A DNA stretch of 63,442 nt from Coriobacteriaceae bacterium (GTDB lineage Bacteria; Bacillota; Clostridia; Oscillospirales; CAG-272): contig CAVEOF010000006.1 in NCBI GenBank assembly GCA_963617165.1, positions 1 to 63,442 on the forward strand, given 5' to 3'. A model generated the notes under the pieces. It had not been told where the DNA came from. It worked only from the letters and a program-made list of their open reading frames with translations, and ran no database searches. The translations under genes were made by a program, and so were the position numbers. Shown here piece by piece: positions 8,807 to 17,604 of this stretch; position 1 is the first letter of the stretch, and every line of letters starts with the position of its first letter.

Positions 8807-9022
8807 TCCCGTGAAAAATCAAGGGGTCGTCACGATCGGTACAGAGCCGCCGCCCCCTTCCCCCGTACGAAAGTACGGCAAAGAGAGTACGGCGAGTGAA
8901 AAAGCAGAGCGGGAAGAAATTCGAAGAAGTTTCTCTCTTTCCCGAAGCCCCGCCGTTACGGGAGGCTTCGGAGAAGAGTCCGTGCTTTTTCGGTCTGTGC
9001 GATGCGCGACGACCCCGCGGAC

Positions 9023-9199
9023 TTATTTTGCGGATTTGTGGCAGGTTCCCGCCATGGCACAGTGAGCGCAATTGCACCCGCAGGAGCTTTTTCCTTTTTT
9101 CTTGTCCTTTACGAGCTTATGAACGATGAGAGCGACGATCAAAATGAGTACGGCGCTGACGATGATCGTACCGATATTAGCGGCTATCCATGCAAACAT
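9023..9199 (-). CDS. FeoB-associated Cys-rich membrane peptide (58 aa)
   Basis: Not in the ORF track (under 60 aa). Product MFAWIAANIGTIIVSAVLILIVALIVHKLVKDKKKGKSSCGCNCAHCAMAGTCHKSAK has a TM helix and a Cys-rich tail. It lies directly downstream of feoB. Confidence 0.75.
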   Translation of the reverse strand: MFAWIAANIGTIIVSAVLILIVALIVHKLVKDKKKGKSSCGCNCAHCAMAGTCHKSAK

Positions 9200-9267
9200 G
9201 ACAGTTTCCTTTCCGGGCGCTCACGATGTTCGCGGCGCCCGATTTGCGTTTGATCTTGGTTTGATCT

Positions 9268-11745
9268 TTATTTGATCTTTACGTTTTCCTTCAGCGTGGT
9301 CGCTTCCTTGTACGGACGGACGAGCATGTAAACGATGCCCGCGAGAGCGAGAAGGGCGGCGAGGAAGCCGAAGATGTTGAACTTACCGATGAAGATGTTA
9401 CCGAACTGGTTGATCATCAGGGCAACAATCCATGCGAAGCCACACTGATAAGCAATGGCGAATGCCGTCCACTTTCCGTTGTTCATCTCACGCTTGATCG
9501 CACCCATAGCGGCGAAGCAGGGAGCGCAAAGAAGGTTGAAGACAAGGAAGGAGTACGCGCTGACGCCCGTGAAGGACGCGGCAAGGGTCGCATACACGTT
9601 GCCCGATGCGCCGTAGAGGATGCCCATCGTACCGACGATGTTCTCCTTTGCGACAAGACCGGTGATGGAAGCGACGGTCGCCTGCCATGTGCCGAAGCCG
9701 AGCGGGGCAAAGATCCAAGCGAGCGCGCCGCCGATCTTCGCGAGAATGGAGAGGTCAAGCTCTTCCTCGGCAAGCATACGGAAGCCGTCCTCGGTGAAGC
9801 CGAAGTAGCTCGTGAACCAGACAACGATGGTGGAAAGAAGGATCACGGTGCCCGCCTTCTTGATGAAGGACCAGCCGCGCTCCCACATCGAACGGAGAAC
9901 GTTGCCGACCGTGGGAAGGTGGTATGCGGGAAGCTCCATAACGAAGGGAGCGGGTTCACCCGCGAACATACGGGTCTTCTTCAGCATGATACCCGAAACG
10001 ATGATCGCCGCCATGCCGATGAAGTATGCAGAGGTGGCAACGAGTGCCGAGCCGCCGAAGATCGCACCCGCGATCATGGCGATGAAGGGAACCTTCGCGC
10101 CGCAGGGGATGAAGGTGGTGGTCATGATCGTCATACGACGGTCACGCTCGTTTTCGATGGTACGGGATGCCATGATGCCGGGAACGCCGCAGCCCGTGCC
10201 GATCAGCATGGGGATGAAGGACTTACCCGACAGACCGAACTTGCGGAAGATACGGTCGAGGACGAAGGCGATACGTGCCATGTAGCCGCACGCCTCGAGA
10301 ATTGCAAGGAGAAGGAACAGGACGAGCATCTGGGGAACGAAGCCGAGAACGGCGCCGACACCCGCGACGATACCGTCAAGGATCAGACCCGAGAGCCAGT
10401 CGGCGGCACCGATGGCTTCCAGTCCGTCGCCGAGAAGAGCGGGGATACCGGGTACCCAAACGCCGTATTCGGCGGGATCGGGCTCGGCGGGTTCGGGATC
10501 CGTGCCATATTTCTCAATGGCTTCGAGAACCTCATCGTAGGTCGCCGTCTTTTCTTCGGTGGCAAGCGTTTCTTCATCGGTCACCGTGTAGGTGAGAGAG
10601 TAGGTCGTGCCCGCTTGGTCGCACTCTTCTTTGGCAGCATCGACACGCGCCTTGAGGGCGGCGATCGTCTCTTCATCATAGAGCTCATAGGCTGCTTCGA
10701 CGATCTGAGTGCTGTCGCCGTATTCTTCGACTGCCGCTTCATAATCGCCCGAGCCGATGCCGAGAAGATGCCAGCCGTCGCCGAAGACGCCGTCGTTCAT
10801 CCAGTCGGTCGCCATCGATCCGACGGTCACCATGGAGAGGTAGTAAACGATGAACATGATCGCTACGAAGATGGGGAGACCGAGCCAGCGGTTCGTGACC
10901 ACCTTATCGATCTTATCCGACACGGTCATCTGACCCTTGTTCTTTTTCTTGTAGCAGCTCTTGATAATGGTGGATATGTAAACGTAACGCTCATTGGTGA
11001 TGATGCTCTCGGCATCGTCGTCCATTTCCTTTTCCGCCGCCTTGATGTCGCCCTCGATGTGCGAAAGAGTGCCCGCATCGAGCTTCAGCTGCTCGAGCAC
11101 CTTTGCGTCACGCTCGAAGATCTTGATGGCGTACCATCTCTGCTGTTCTGCGGGCATCGAGTGAAGCGCCGCCTCCTCGATGTGGGCGATGGCGTGCTCG
11201 ACGCAACCCGAGAAGCTGTGCATCGGCACGGTCTTCGTGTTCTTCGCCGCGTCGATCGCCGCTTCCGCCGCCTCGGTGATGCCCGTGCCCTTCAGCGCGG
11301 AGATCTCCACCACGCGGCAACCGAGCTGTCTCGACAGCTCCATCGTGTCGATGCGGTCACCGTTCTTGCGGACGACGTCCATCATGTTGATGGCGACGAC
11401 CACGGGAATGCCCAGCTCGGTCAGCTGGGTGGTCAGGTACAGGTTACGCTCGAGGTTCGTGCCGTCGACGATGTTCAGGATGGCATCGGGACGCTCGACG
11501 ATCAGGTAGTTTCTCGCTACCACTTCCTCCAGCGTGTAGGGGGACAAAGAGTAAATACCCGGAAGGTCGGTGATGATGACATCGTCGTGCTTTTTCAGCT
11601 TACCTTCCTTTTTCTCCACCGTGACGCCCGGCCAGTTACCGACGAACTGGTTTGAGCCGGTCAGCGCGTTGAAGAGCGTTGTCTTACCGGCGTTGGGGTT
11701 ACCGGCAAGAGCAATTCGAATGTTGCTTGTGCTCATGTCTTTCAA
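9268..11745 (-). CDS. feoB: Ferrous iron transport protein B
   Basis: N-terminal G domain (GNPNAGKTTLFN, DLPG) followed by a polytopic permease. 825 aa, with an acidic insertion after TM1. Confidence 0.95.
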   Translation of the reverse strand: MKDMSTSNIRIALAGNPNAGKTTLFNALTGSNQFVGNWPGVTVEKKEGKLKKHDDVIITDLPGIYSLSPYTLEEVVARNYLIVERPDAILNIVDGTNLERNLYLTTQLTELGIPVVVAINMMDVVRKNGDRIDTMELSRQLGCRVVEISALKGTGITEAAEAAIDAAKNTKTVPMHSFSGCVEHAIAHIEEAALHSMPAEQQRWYAIKIFERDAKVLEQLKLDAGTLSHIEGDIKAAEKEMDDDAESIITNERYVYISTIIKSCYKKKNKGQMTVSDKIDKVVTNRWLGLPIFVAIMFIVYYLSMVTVGSMATDWMNDGVFGDGWHLLGIGSGDYEAAVEEYGDSTQIVEAAYELYDEETIAALKARVDAAKEECDQAGTTYSLTYTVTDEETLATEEKTATYDEVLEAIEKYGTDPEPAEPDPAEYGVWVPGIPALLGDGLEAIGAADWLSGLILDGIVAGVGAVLGFVPQMLVLFLLLAILEACGYMARIAFVLDRIFRKFGLSGKSFIPMLIGTGCGVPGIMASRTIENERDRRMTIMTTTFIPCGAKVPFIAMIAGAIFGGSALVATSAYFIGMAAIIVSGIMLKKTRMFAGEPAPFVMELPAYHLPTVGNVLRSMWERGWSFIKKAGTVILLSTIVVWFTSYFGFTEDGFRMLAEEELDLSILAKIGGALAWIFAPLGFGTWQATVASITGLVAKENIVGTMGILYGASGNVYATLAASFTGVSAYSFLVFNLLCAPCFAAMGAIKREMNNGKWTAFAIAYQCGFAWIVALMINQFGNIFIGKFNIFGFLAALLALAGIVYMLVRPYKEATTLKENVKIK

Positions 11746-11789
11746 TCCTTTCTTTCTTCGGGTGTCGCCTCGCGCACCCGCCTTGAAGC

Positions 11790-12011
11790 TTATTCAACCT
11801 CGACCATTTCGGCATCCGCTTTCCGCAGGGAAAGCTCATAGCCGCGCACGGTAAGCTCGACGGGGTCGCCGAGCGGCGCAACCTTGCGCACATGTACTTC
11901 GGTACCGCGGGTAATGCCCATGTCCATGATACGGCGCTTTACGGCGCCTTCTCCGTGGAGCTTGACAACCGTCACGGTCTCTCCGACCTTCACCTCGCGC
12001 AGTGTCTTCAT
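11790..12011 (-). CDS. feoA: FeoA-family protein
   Basis: 73-aa SH3-like FeoA (VGETVTVVKL...RRIMDMGITRGTEV). Confidence 0.9.
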   Translation of the reverse strand: MKTLREVKVGETVTVVKLHGEGAVKRRIMDMGITRGTEVHVRKVAPLGDPVELTVRGYELSLRKADAEMVEVE

Positions 12012-12066
12012 GTCCGTTTCCTCCTTTGTGGATATATATCAATCTGTTGGATCGCAAATTTGGGGA

Positions 12067-12279
12067 TCAAATCATGATCTTCTGTGCCATCTCACGGCTG
12101 ATAGCGATTCTCGACTCCTTGACGTTGACGATGAGGTTTCCGCCCATGGAATTCACCACCGTCACGGTGCCCCCGACGACAAAGCCGAGGTTTTCGAGAT
12201 GCTGTTTTACCTCCGGGGAACCTCCGACGCGGCGGATGATATTCTCTTCTCCCGGTGTGGCTACGATCAACGGTATCAT
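12067..12279 (-). CDS. feoA: FeoA-family protein (second copy)
   Basis: MIPLIVATPGEENIIRRVGG...LENLGFVVGGTVTVV. Start trimmed to the ATG at 12279. Confidence 0.8.
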   Translation of the reverse strand: MIPLIVATPGEENIIRRVGGSPEVKQHLENLGFVVGGTVTVVNSMGGNLIVNVKESRIAISREMAQKIMI

Positions 12280-12348
12280 GTCTGTTTGCTCCTTCCCTCG
12301 GTCTGCCCTTCGCTTTCGGCACGCCGAACGGGATTTTTTCGGTCGGTG

Positions 12349-12366
12349 CGTAAGCACCTGCTAACC
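12349..12366. promoter_or_regulatory. Imperfect second copy of the 7-4-7 palindrome (cGTAAGC-ACCT-GCTAACC)
   Basis: Two mismatches to GGTTAGC-N4-GCTAACC. It lies in the feoA 5' leader. Confidence 0.3.
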
Positions 12367-12382
12367 TATGGGGATAAAATCG

Positions 12383-12400
12383 GGTTAGCCTTCGCTAACC
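12383..12400. promoter_or_regulatory. Perfect 7-4-7 palindrome GGTTAGC-CTTC-GCTAACC, candidate DtxR-type operator
   Basis: It lies immediately downstream of the feo promoter -10 element. The arms match iron-box half-sites, but the spacing differs from the IdeR/DtxR 19-mer. Confidence 0.5.
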
Positions 12401-12407
12401 ATGGTAT

Positions 12408-12436
12408 ATTATACTCCCTCTCTCCTGCTTTGTCAA
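12408..12436 (-). promoter_or_regulatory. Sigma-70-type promoter of the feo operon
   Basis: Minus strand reads TTGACA-17 nt-TATAAT (consensus in both hexamers). Confidence 0.7.
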
Positions 12437-12814
12437 CACCTTTTTTCGATTTTTTTCCCCGTTTCTGCAAATTCGTCGCTTCCGCCCCGAAAGTTAGGCA
12501 AGACTAACTGTTTTTCTGTGCAATCTGAACAAAACACCGCGCAGAAGAAAGTCTTCGGAATTCGGATTCACACAGAGGGGCAATAGAGATAGATATTTTC
12601 ATAGCTCCTCCACTCTATCGATCGGAATCGTGCGGTGCTCGGGGCAAGGGTCAAGAGGGTGTCGCTTCGTTTTTTCCTTAATTTCAATATAGAAGCCATG
12701 GGCAAATGATGCGATCCTACCTTCACATCATCGCAGGCAGATAATTACCTAAACGTCAATCCATTCAAGAAACATTTCTGTCCTTCGGTCAAAAATATAG
12801 ACAAACCGTTCGGA

Positions 12815-12863
12815 CAAAAAAGACAGCCGCAAACGGGATCTTCGGATCCCGTTTGCGGCTGTC
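12815..12863 (-). terminator. Intrinsic terminator of the hydrogenase (hfs-like) operon
   Basis: GACAGCCGCAAACGGGATC-ttcg-GATCCCGTTTGCGGCTGTC, a 19-bp perfect stem followed on the minus strand by UUUUUU. Confidence 0.85.
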
Positions 12864-12940
12864 GTGATGGTGTAGAATCCGCGCAAAGGTCACAAAACGT
12901 ATGACGACCTACCGCGCAAGCCTTCCAAAACATCCGTCCG

Positions 12941-12989
12941 AATTTCGAATTCTTAATTCATAATTCTTAATTCTGAATTCTGAATTCTC
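12941..12989 (-). repeat. Heptanucleotide tandem array, 7 units
   Basis: aatttcg aattctt aattcat aattctt aattctg aattctg aattctc. It ends 10 nt from the hydrogenase stop codon (13000-13002). Confidence 0.9.
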
Positions 12990-12999
12990 GATCGTTGCT

Positions 13000-14421
13000 T
13001 TATTTCAGCACCGACGTCGCGTCCTTGATGGTCTTTTCGAGCGCTTCGCGGCCGTATTTGTCGACCTCGGCTTTGTTCTTTTCGCCGTGGGTGAGACAGC
13101 CCGCGCCGCCGATACAACCGCCGACGCACGCCATACCTTCGATAAAGTTGGCGTCGAGCTTTTCCTTGCTCTTTTGAAGCAGGGCGATCTTGCACTGTTC
13201 GATGCCGTCGCAGGTGCAGGGCTTCAGCAGGAAGTCGATCCCCTGCTCCTTGAGTCCCTCCGCCACCGCGTCGGAAAGTCCGCCCGAGCGGGCGAAGATG
13301 CGTCCGAAGTAGGACGCGTTATCGAGGACGCCCTCCTCCAGCGTCGTGATGTCGATGTCGCGGCTGTCGAAGAGCGCCTGAAGCTCTTCAAAGGTCATGG
13401 CGGCATCCACGTAGGGCTTCACGCTCTCGCGCTGTACCTCCATCTTTTTCGCGGTGCAGGGACCGATGAAGACGACCTTGCAATGTCCTTCATGCTCCTT
13501 GATATACTTCGCGATGGCGGTCATCGGCGAAGGATTGTGCGAGACGAAGGGCATCAGTGCGGGGAACGCCTTCTCGATGTAGCTGACGAATGCGGGGCAA
13601 CAGGAGCTCGTCAAAAATCCCTTCTCGGCAAGCTCGCGGGATTCCGCCTCCGCGACCATATCGGCGCCGAGTGCCGCCTCGATCACGGTGTGGAAGCCGA
13701 GCTTATGTAATCCCGTAATGACCTGCCCGAGCTTCGCATAGGTGAACTGGCTCGAGATCGAGGGAGCGACGACGGCATAGATCTTATAATTCTGATTGCC
13801 GTGACTTCCTTTCAGCATGTCGATCACGTTCAGGATATAGGATTTGTCGGTGATGGCGCCGAAGGGGCACTGATACACGCAGGCGCCGCAGGAGATGCAC
13901 TTGCCGTTATCGATGCACGCCTGCTTGTCCTCGCCCATCGAGATGGCTTTCACCTTGCAGGCGGTCTCGCAGGGGCGCTTATAGTTATGGATCGCGCTGT
14001 ACGGGCAGACCTTCGAGCAGGCGCCGCACTCCTTGCATTTGGTCTTGTCGATGTGGGCAACGTGGTTCTGATCGAAGGTGATGGCGCCGAAGCGGCAGAC
14101 GTCCTCGCAACGGTGCGCAAGGCATCCGCGGCAGGCGTTCGTCACCTCGTAGCCGCCCATCGGGCACTCGTCGCAGGCGATGTCGATGACCTCGATCACG
14201 TTCGGGTTGCTCTTATCGCCGCCCATGGCGAGCTTGACCCGCTCGGCGAGGATGGCTCTCTCTTTATAGACGCAGCAACGCATGGTCGGCACCTTACCGG
14301 GGACGATCGTCTTCGGAATGTCGATGGCGTTCTCCGCGAGCTTATCCGCCCACGCCTGTCTTGCGACCTCGCGCAGAACCTTGTATTTCAGATGCTGTAC
14401 CTTGGTATCGAATTTTCTCAT
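13000..14421 (-). CDS. Monomeric [FeFe] hydrogenase (HfsD-like catalytic subunit)
   Basis: Ferredoxin-like CxxCxxCxxxCP clusters plus H-cluster motifs SSCCPAF, GPCTAKKME and GMACVGGCIGGAG. Start trimmed to MRKF (14421). Confidence 0.9.
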   Translation of the reverse strand: MRKFDTKVQHLKYKVLREVARQAWADKLAENAIDIPKTIVPGKVPTMRCCVYKERAILAERVKLAMGGDKSNPNVIEVIDIACDECPMGGYEVTNACRGCLAHRCEDVCRFGAITFDQNHVAHIDKTKCKECGACSKVCPYSAIHNYKRPCETACKVKAISMGEDKQACIDNGKCISCGACVYQCPFGAITDKSYILNVIDMLKGSHGNQNYKIYAVVAPSISSQFTYAKLGQVITGLHKLGFHTVIEAALGADMVAEAESRELAEKGFLTSSCCPAFVSYIEKAFPALMPFVSHNPSPMTAIAKYIKEHEGHCKVVFIGPCTAKKMEVQRESVKPYVDAAMTFEELQALFDSRDIDITTLEEGVLDNASYFGRIFARSGGLSDAVAEGLKEQGIDFLLKPCTCDGIEQCKIALLQKSKEKLDANFIEGMACVGGCIGGAGCLTHGEKNKAEVDKYGREALEKTIKDATSVLK

Positions 14422-14432
14422 GGCTCGTTTCC

Positions 14433-15605
14433 TCAAAAATAACTGACTTTGATCCGTTTGCCCATCTTCACAAGGCATTTCGAGAGCTCCTCGACGAGGT
14501 TCATCTTAATGTTGAAGTTGATGGGTAGGTCGGGGTTCTGGTGTGCGGGGTTGACCGCCCGTCCGACGTAAAAATTGATGTCCGTCGCCTCCTCAAAGAG
14601 AAGACGGCAGATCAGGGAGGCTCCGTCGTGACCGAAGCTCCACTTCTCGTAAAGCTTGTTGTCTCCGACGGCATCTTTTGCATATTCCACCACGCGGTTG
14701 ACGGTAATGACGCCCTCGGTAACGAGGTCGACGCCCTCGATTTCCGCGATCGGAGGAATGTCGCTACGTACAAATTGTAAACTTGTCTTTACCGTTTTGC
14801 CGAGATATTTCGCCGCGATGGAGGATGTGGTGCCTCCGCAGATGATATGTTTTCCCTCCTTCGAGAAGAAAAGCGACATCATACGGTTCGCGTCGTCTCG
14901 GTTCGCGGGGGGACCGAAGAGGATGTTCATCGGGACTCTGCGCCGTACCTTTACGACGCAGGCGGTCGCGTCGTCTCCCGGCTTTTTGCCGTAGAGCTTA
15001 TCGACCTCGTCGATGAGGATCGTGGAGAGCGTCTTCGCGGTATAGCCCGCCGCCGAGACCGCCTCCATATATGCGATGATGTCATTTCGTTTCCAACCGA
15101 AATTATACGCCGTACCGATGCCCGCGTGGGGACAACCGTCGCTCATGGCGATGAAAATATCGTCCTCGAGCAGCTTGATCTGCGACTTGAAGATCTTCTT
15201 GCCGTCGATGTTCATCTCGGTGCGGGGATACTCGTAATTTTTTCCGTCGCGAAGGAGAATGACCTGCGGATTGTCGTACTGGATAAGCTCCATCTCCCGA
15301 TTGTCGACAAGGTGCATGATCGTGAAGGTGGAATAGGCGACGCCGCGCACCGAGCAGATGGGCAGGGTCTTCGCGATCGTCTCGACGCAATCCTCGAGCG
15401 TCAGCTCCGCCGCCATCATGGTCGAGATGATCTTCGCCGTGAGGGTGGAGAGGATGCTCGCCTTCACGCCGCTGCCGAGTCCGTCGGCAAGGACGATAAC
15501 GGTCGAATTCTCCCCCTGCTCCACGACGTCGACATGGTCACCGCAAAGCTGCTCTCCCGCGTGGTTGATGCTTCGGTAGCCGATATCGGCACAAAGGTCA
15601 TTCAT
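14433..15605 (-). CDS. PP2C/SpoIIE-family serine phosphatase (HfsC-like)
   Basis: N-terminal GEQLCGDHV...VLADGLGSGVKAS is a PP2C-type metal site. The gene lies between the sensory and catalytic hydrogenase genes. Confidence 0.85.
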   Translation of the reverse strand: MNDLCADIGYRSINHAGEQLCGDHVDVVEQGENSTVIVLADGLGSGVKASILSTLTAKIISTMMAAELTLEDCVETIAKTLPICSVRGVAYSTFTIMHLVDNREMELIQYDNPQVILLRDGKNYEYPRTEMNIDGKKIFKSQIKLLEDDIFIAMSDGCPHAGIGTAYNFGWKRNDIIAYMEAVSAAGYTAKTLSTILIDEVDKLYGKKPGDDATACVVKVRRRVPMNILFGPPANRDDANRMMSLFFSKEGKHIICGGTTSSIAAKYLGKTVKTSLQFVRSDIPPIAEIEGVDLVTEGVITVNRVVEYAKDAVGDNKLYEKWSFGHDGASLICRLLFEEATDINFYVGRAVNPAHQNPDLPINFNIKMNLVEELSKCLVKMGKRIKVSYF

Positions 15606-17274
15606 CCGAAATACTCTCCTTCAGCTTGGTGAGGGCGATCTTCGTCTCCGCGGCGGTCTCTCCGAGCAGAGAGGCGATCTCCTGAACGATGCGCATCTGC
15701 TTATCCACGACCTTATCGGCGATCTCCACCGTGCGGCGGCTGATGTCTTCCTTCTTCTCCCGCTCGGTCTCCTCGTCGGTCACGTCACGCATGATGCAGA
15801 CGAGGAGACGGTAGGTCGCGTCGTAAATGACCGTCTGCTCAACGTAGCGGTTATACTCCGCGAGGAAGACGCGCTGATCGCGGATCGAGCGCTTGGTCTC
15901 GAGCACCTTTAGGAAGATGGCGGGGTCGAGAATTCTCACGACTTGATCGCCGAGGACGTCGGAGGCGCTGCGGATGTTCATGATCTTCCGCGCGGCGGCA
16001 TTGATCTGCTGAACCTCGAGGGCGTCGTTGACGACGATCAGCCCGTTCGGCGTATTGTTGACGATGCAATCGGAGAAGCTCTCGGCTTTGTCCTTGAGGA
16101 AGGGCAGGCACATGGAGATCTCCGCCTTGCCGTGATAGACGGCGATCGCCTTCTCGCGGCAGGTATTGTAGCCGCAGGAGCCGCAGTTCAGCTCGTCCTC
16201 CGGCTTCATCTTACCCATCTTATGTAGGATCTCGGTGATCTCGCTCTCGGAGGGGATCCCGTTCCGCAGCTCGATCGCCTCGAAATTCTTGCGCAGGGTG
16301 TCCTCCGCGGGGCTTGCCACCTCGAAGTCGCGCGAGCCGGCGTAAGAGGCGACCGCGGTGTAATCCGAGACGGGGCTGCGATGGTATTTTTCCATCACGG
16401 GGCCGCCGACACAGCTGCCGATGCAGGCAGACATTTCGATGAAGCAGTGATGGATCTTACCGCTCTCGATGTCGCGAAGCGCCGCCATGCAGTTCTCCAC
16501 GCCGTCGAGCGCGAGGTAGGTATAGCCCTCGGCGTTCTGCGCCATGGTCTTGAGAATTCCGCCCGTCGTCGGGAAGAAGCGCGCGCGGCTCTCTTCCTTA
16601 TGATCGGGCTTCGGCTCGAGGGTGATGTGCTCCGCCTCGAACCAACGCGTCAGCTCCTCGTAGGTGAGGACGGCGTCGGCGTAGCCCTCGTAATGCTCCG
16701 CCTCGTCCTTCTTCGCGACGCAGGGGCCGATGAAGACGGTCTTCGCATTCGGGAAGCGGCGCTTGATGTCCGCGCAGTGTGCCTGCATCGGAGAGAGCAC
16801 GTCGGCAAGATAGGGGAGCTCCGCGGGAAAATATTTCTGGATCAGAAGATTGATCGAATGACAACAGGAAGAGATGAGAATATCCCTGTCGCCCTTCGCG
16901 AGGATGGCTTCGTACTCGCGCTTGACAATGGTGGCGCCGACAGCGGTCTCCTCCGCATCGGCGAAGCCGAGCTTACGGAGCGCGTCGCGCATCCCCTCGA
17001 TGCCGATGCCCTGATAATTCGCGATAAAGGAAGGCGCAAGGCTCACGTAGACGGGATCGCCCGACTGGATGAGGACCTTCACCTTCTCGGTGCTGTCGGT
17101 GATCTGCTTCGCGTTCTGCGGGCAGACGACAAAGCACTGTCCGCAAAGAATACACTCGTTGCCGATGATGTGCGCCTGATTACCCGAAAAGCGAATGGAT
17201 TTCACGGGGCAATGGCGAATGCACTTATAGCAGTTTTTACAGTTCGATTTTTTTAGAGTCAAGCAATCGGACAT
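15598..17274 (-). CDS. Sensory-type [FeFe] hydrogenase with C-terminal PAS domain (HydS/HfsB-like)
   Basis: Two 4Fe-4S motifs, H-cluster-like SSCCHS, GPCVAKKDE and MSACIGSCVGG, an extra CGSCGYNTC cluster, then a PAS-like domain and a coiled tail. Confidence 0.85.
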   Translation of the reverse strand: MSDCLTLKKSNCKNCYKCIRHCPVKSIRFSGNQAHIIGNECILCGQCFVVCPQNAKQITDSTEKVKVLIQSGDPVYVSLAPSFIANYQGIGIEGMRDALRKLGFADAEETAVGATIVKREYEAILAKGDRDILISSCCHSINLLIQKYFPAELPYLADVLSPMQAHCADIKRRFPNAKTVFIGPCVAKKDEAEHYEGYADAVLTYEELTRWFEAEHITLEPKPDHKEESRARFFPTTGGILKTMAQNAEGYTYLALDGVENCMAALRDIESGKIHHCFIEMSACIGSCVGGPVMEKYHRSPVSDYTAVASYAGSRDFEVASPAEDTLRKNFEAIELRNGIPSESEITEILHKMGKMKPEDELNCGSCGYNTCREKAIAVYHGKAEISMCLPFLKDKAESFSDCIVNNTPNGLIVVNDALEVQQINAAARKIMNIRSASDVLGDQVVRILDPAIFLKVLETKRSIRDQRVFLAEYNRYVEQTVIYDATYRLLVCIMRDVTDEETEREKKEDISRRTVEIADKVVDKQMRIVQEIASLLGETAAETKIALTKLKESISDE

Positions 17275-17331
17275 GGTTTCTCTTCCTTTTCAAAGGATTT
17301 TGCAAAGAATTGTTTTCAAATATACAAAAAA

Positions 17332-17604
17332 TCAGGGAGCGTCGCCTTTGTGCGCTTCCACCGCGGGAAGAATCTTCTCCCGCCAGAATTCGGAAAATCC
17401 GTCCTTCGTCACGCCGGTATACACCTCGTCGGCGACCGTGATCGTGACACCGACGCGATTGCATCTGCCGGTGCAGAAGCTGCCCGTCAGGACGATCTCA
17501 TCCTCCAAATGCTCCTCGCCTATCTTCTGTTGGAGCAGCTCGACGATGTCGGGCGCGCCCTTCAGATGGCAGGAGGAGCCGACGCATACTTCGACGACGA
17601 TCAT
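17332..17604 (-). CDS. Thioredoxin-like [2Fe-2S] ferredoxin domain protein
   Basis: VCVGSSCHLKG...GSFCTGRCN Cys pattern (NuoE/HndA-like). Confidence 0.8.
   Translation of the reverse strand: MIVVEVCVGSSCHLKGAPDIVELLQQKIGEEHLEDEIVLTGSFCTGRCNRVGVTITVADEVYTGVTKDGFSEFWREKILPAVEAHKGDAP

Noticed and set aside
8799-9077. N-terminal extensions of several track ORFs (8397..9077, 17601..18065, 23828..24997, 27116..28360, 49701..51752, 43479..44714, 12067..12357)
   Set aside because: The extensions run through repeat or promoter sequence and lack homology. Internal ATGs with good Shine-Dalgarno sequences coincide with the start of recognisable homology, so the starts were trimmed.
12504-12602. 32-aa minus-strand ORF preceded by GGAGGAG
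   Set aside because: The Shine-Dalgarno to ATG spacing is only about 4 nt. There is no recognisable motif or hydrophobic segment, and it lies in a leader or UTR region. The evidence is insufficient.
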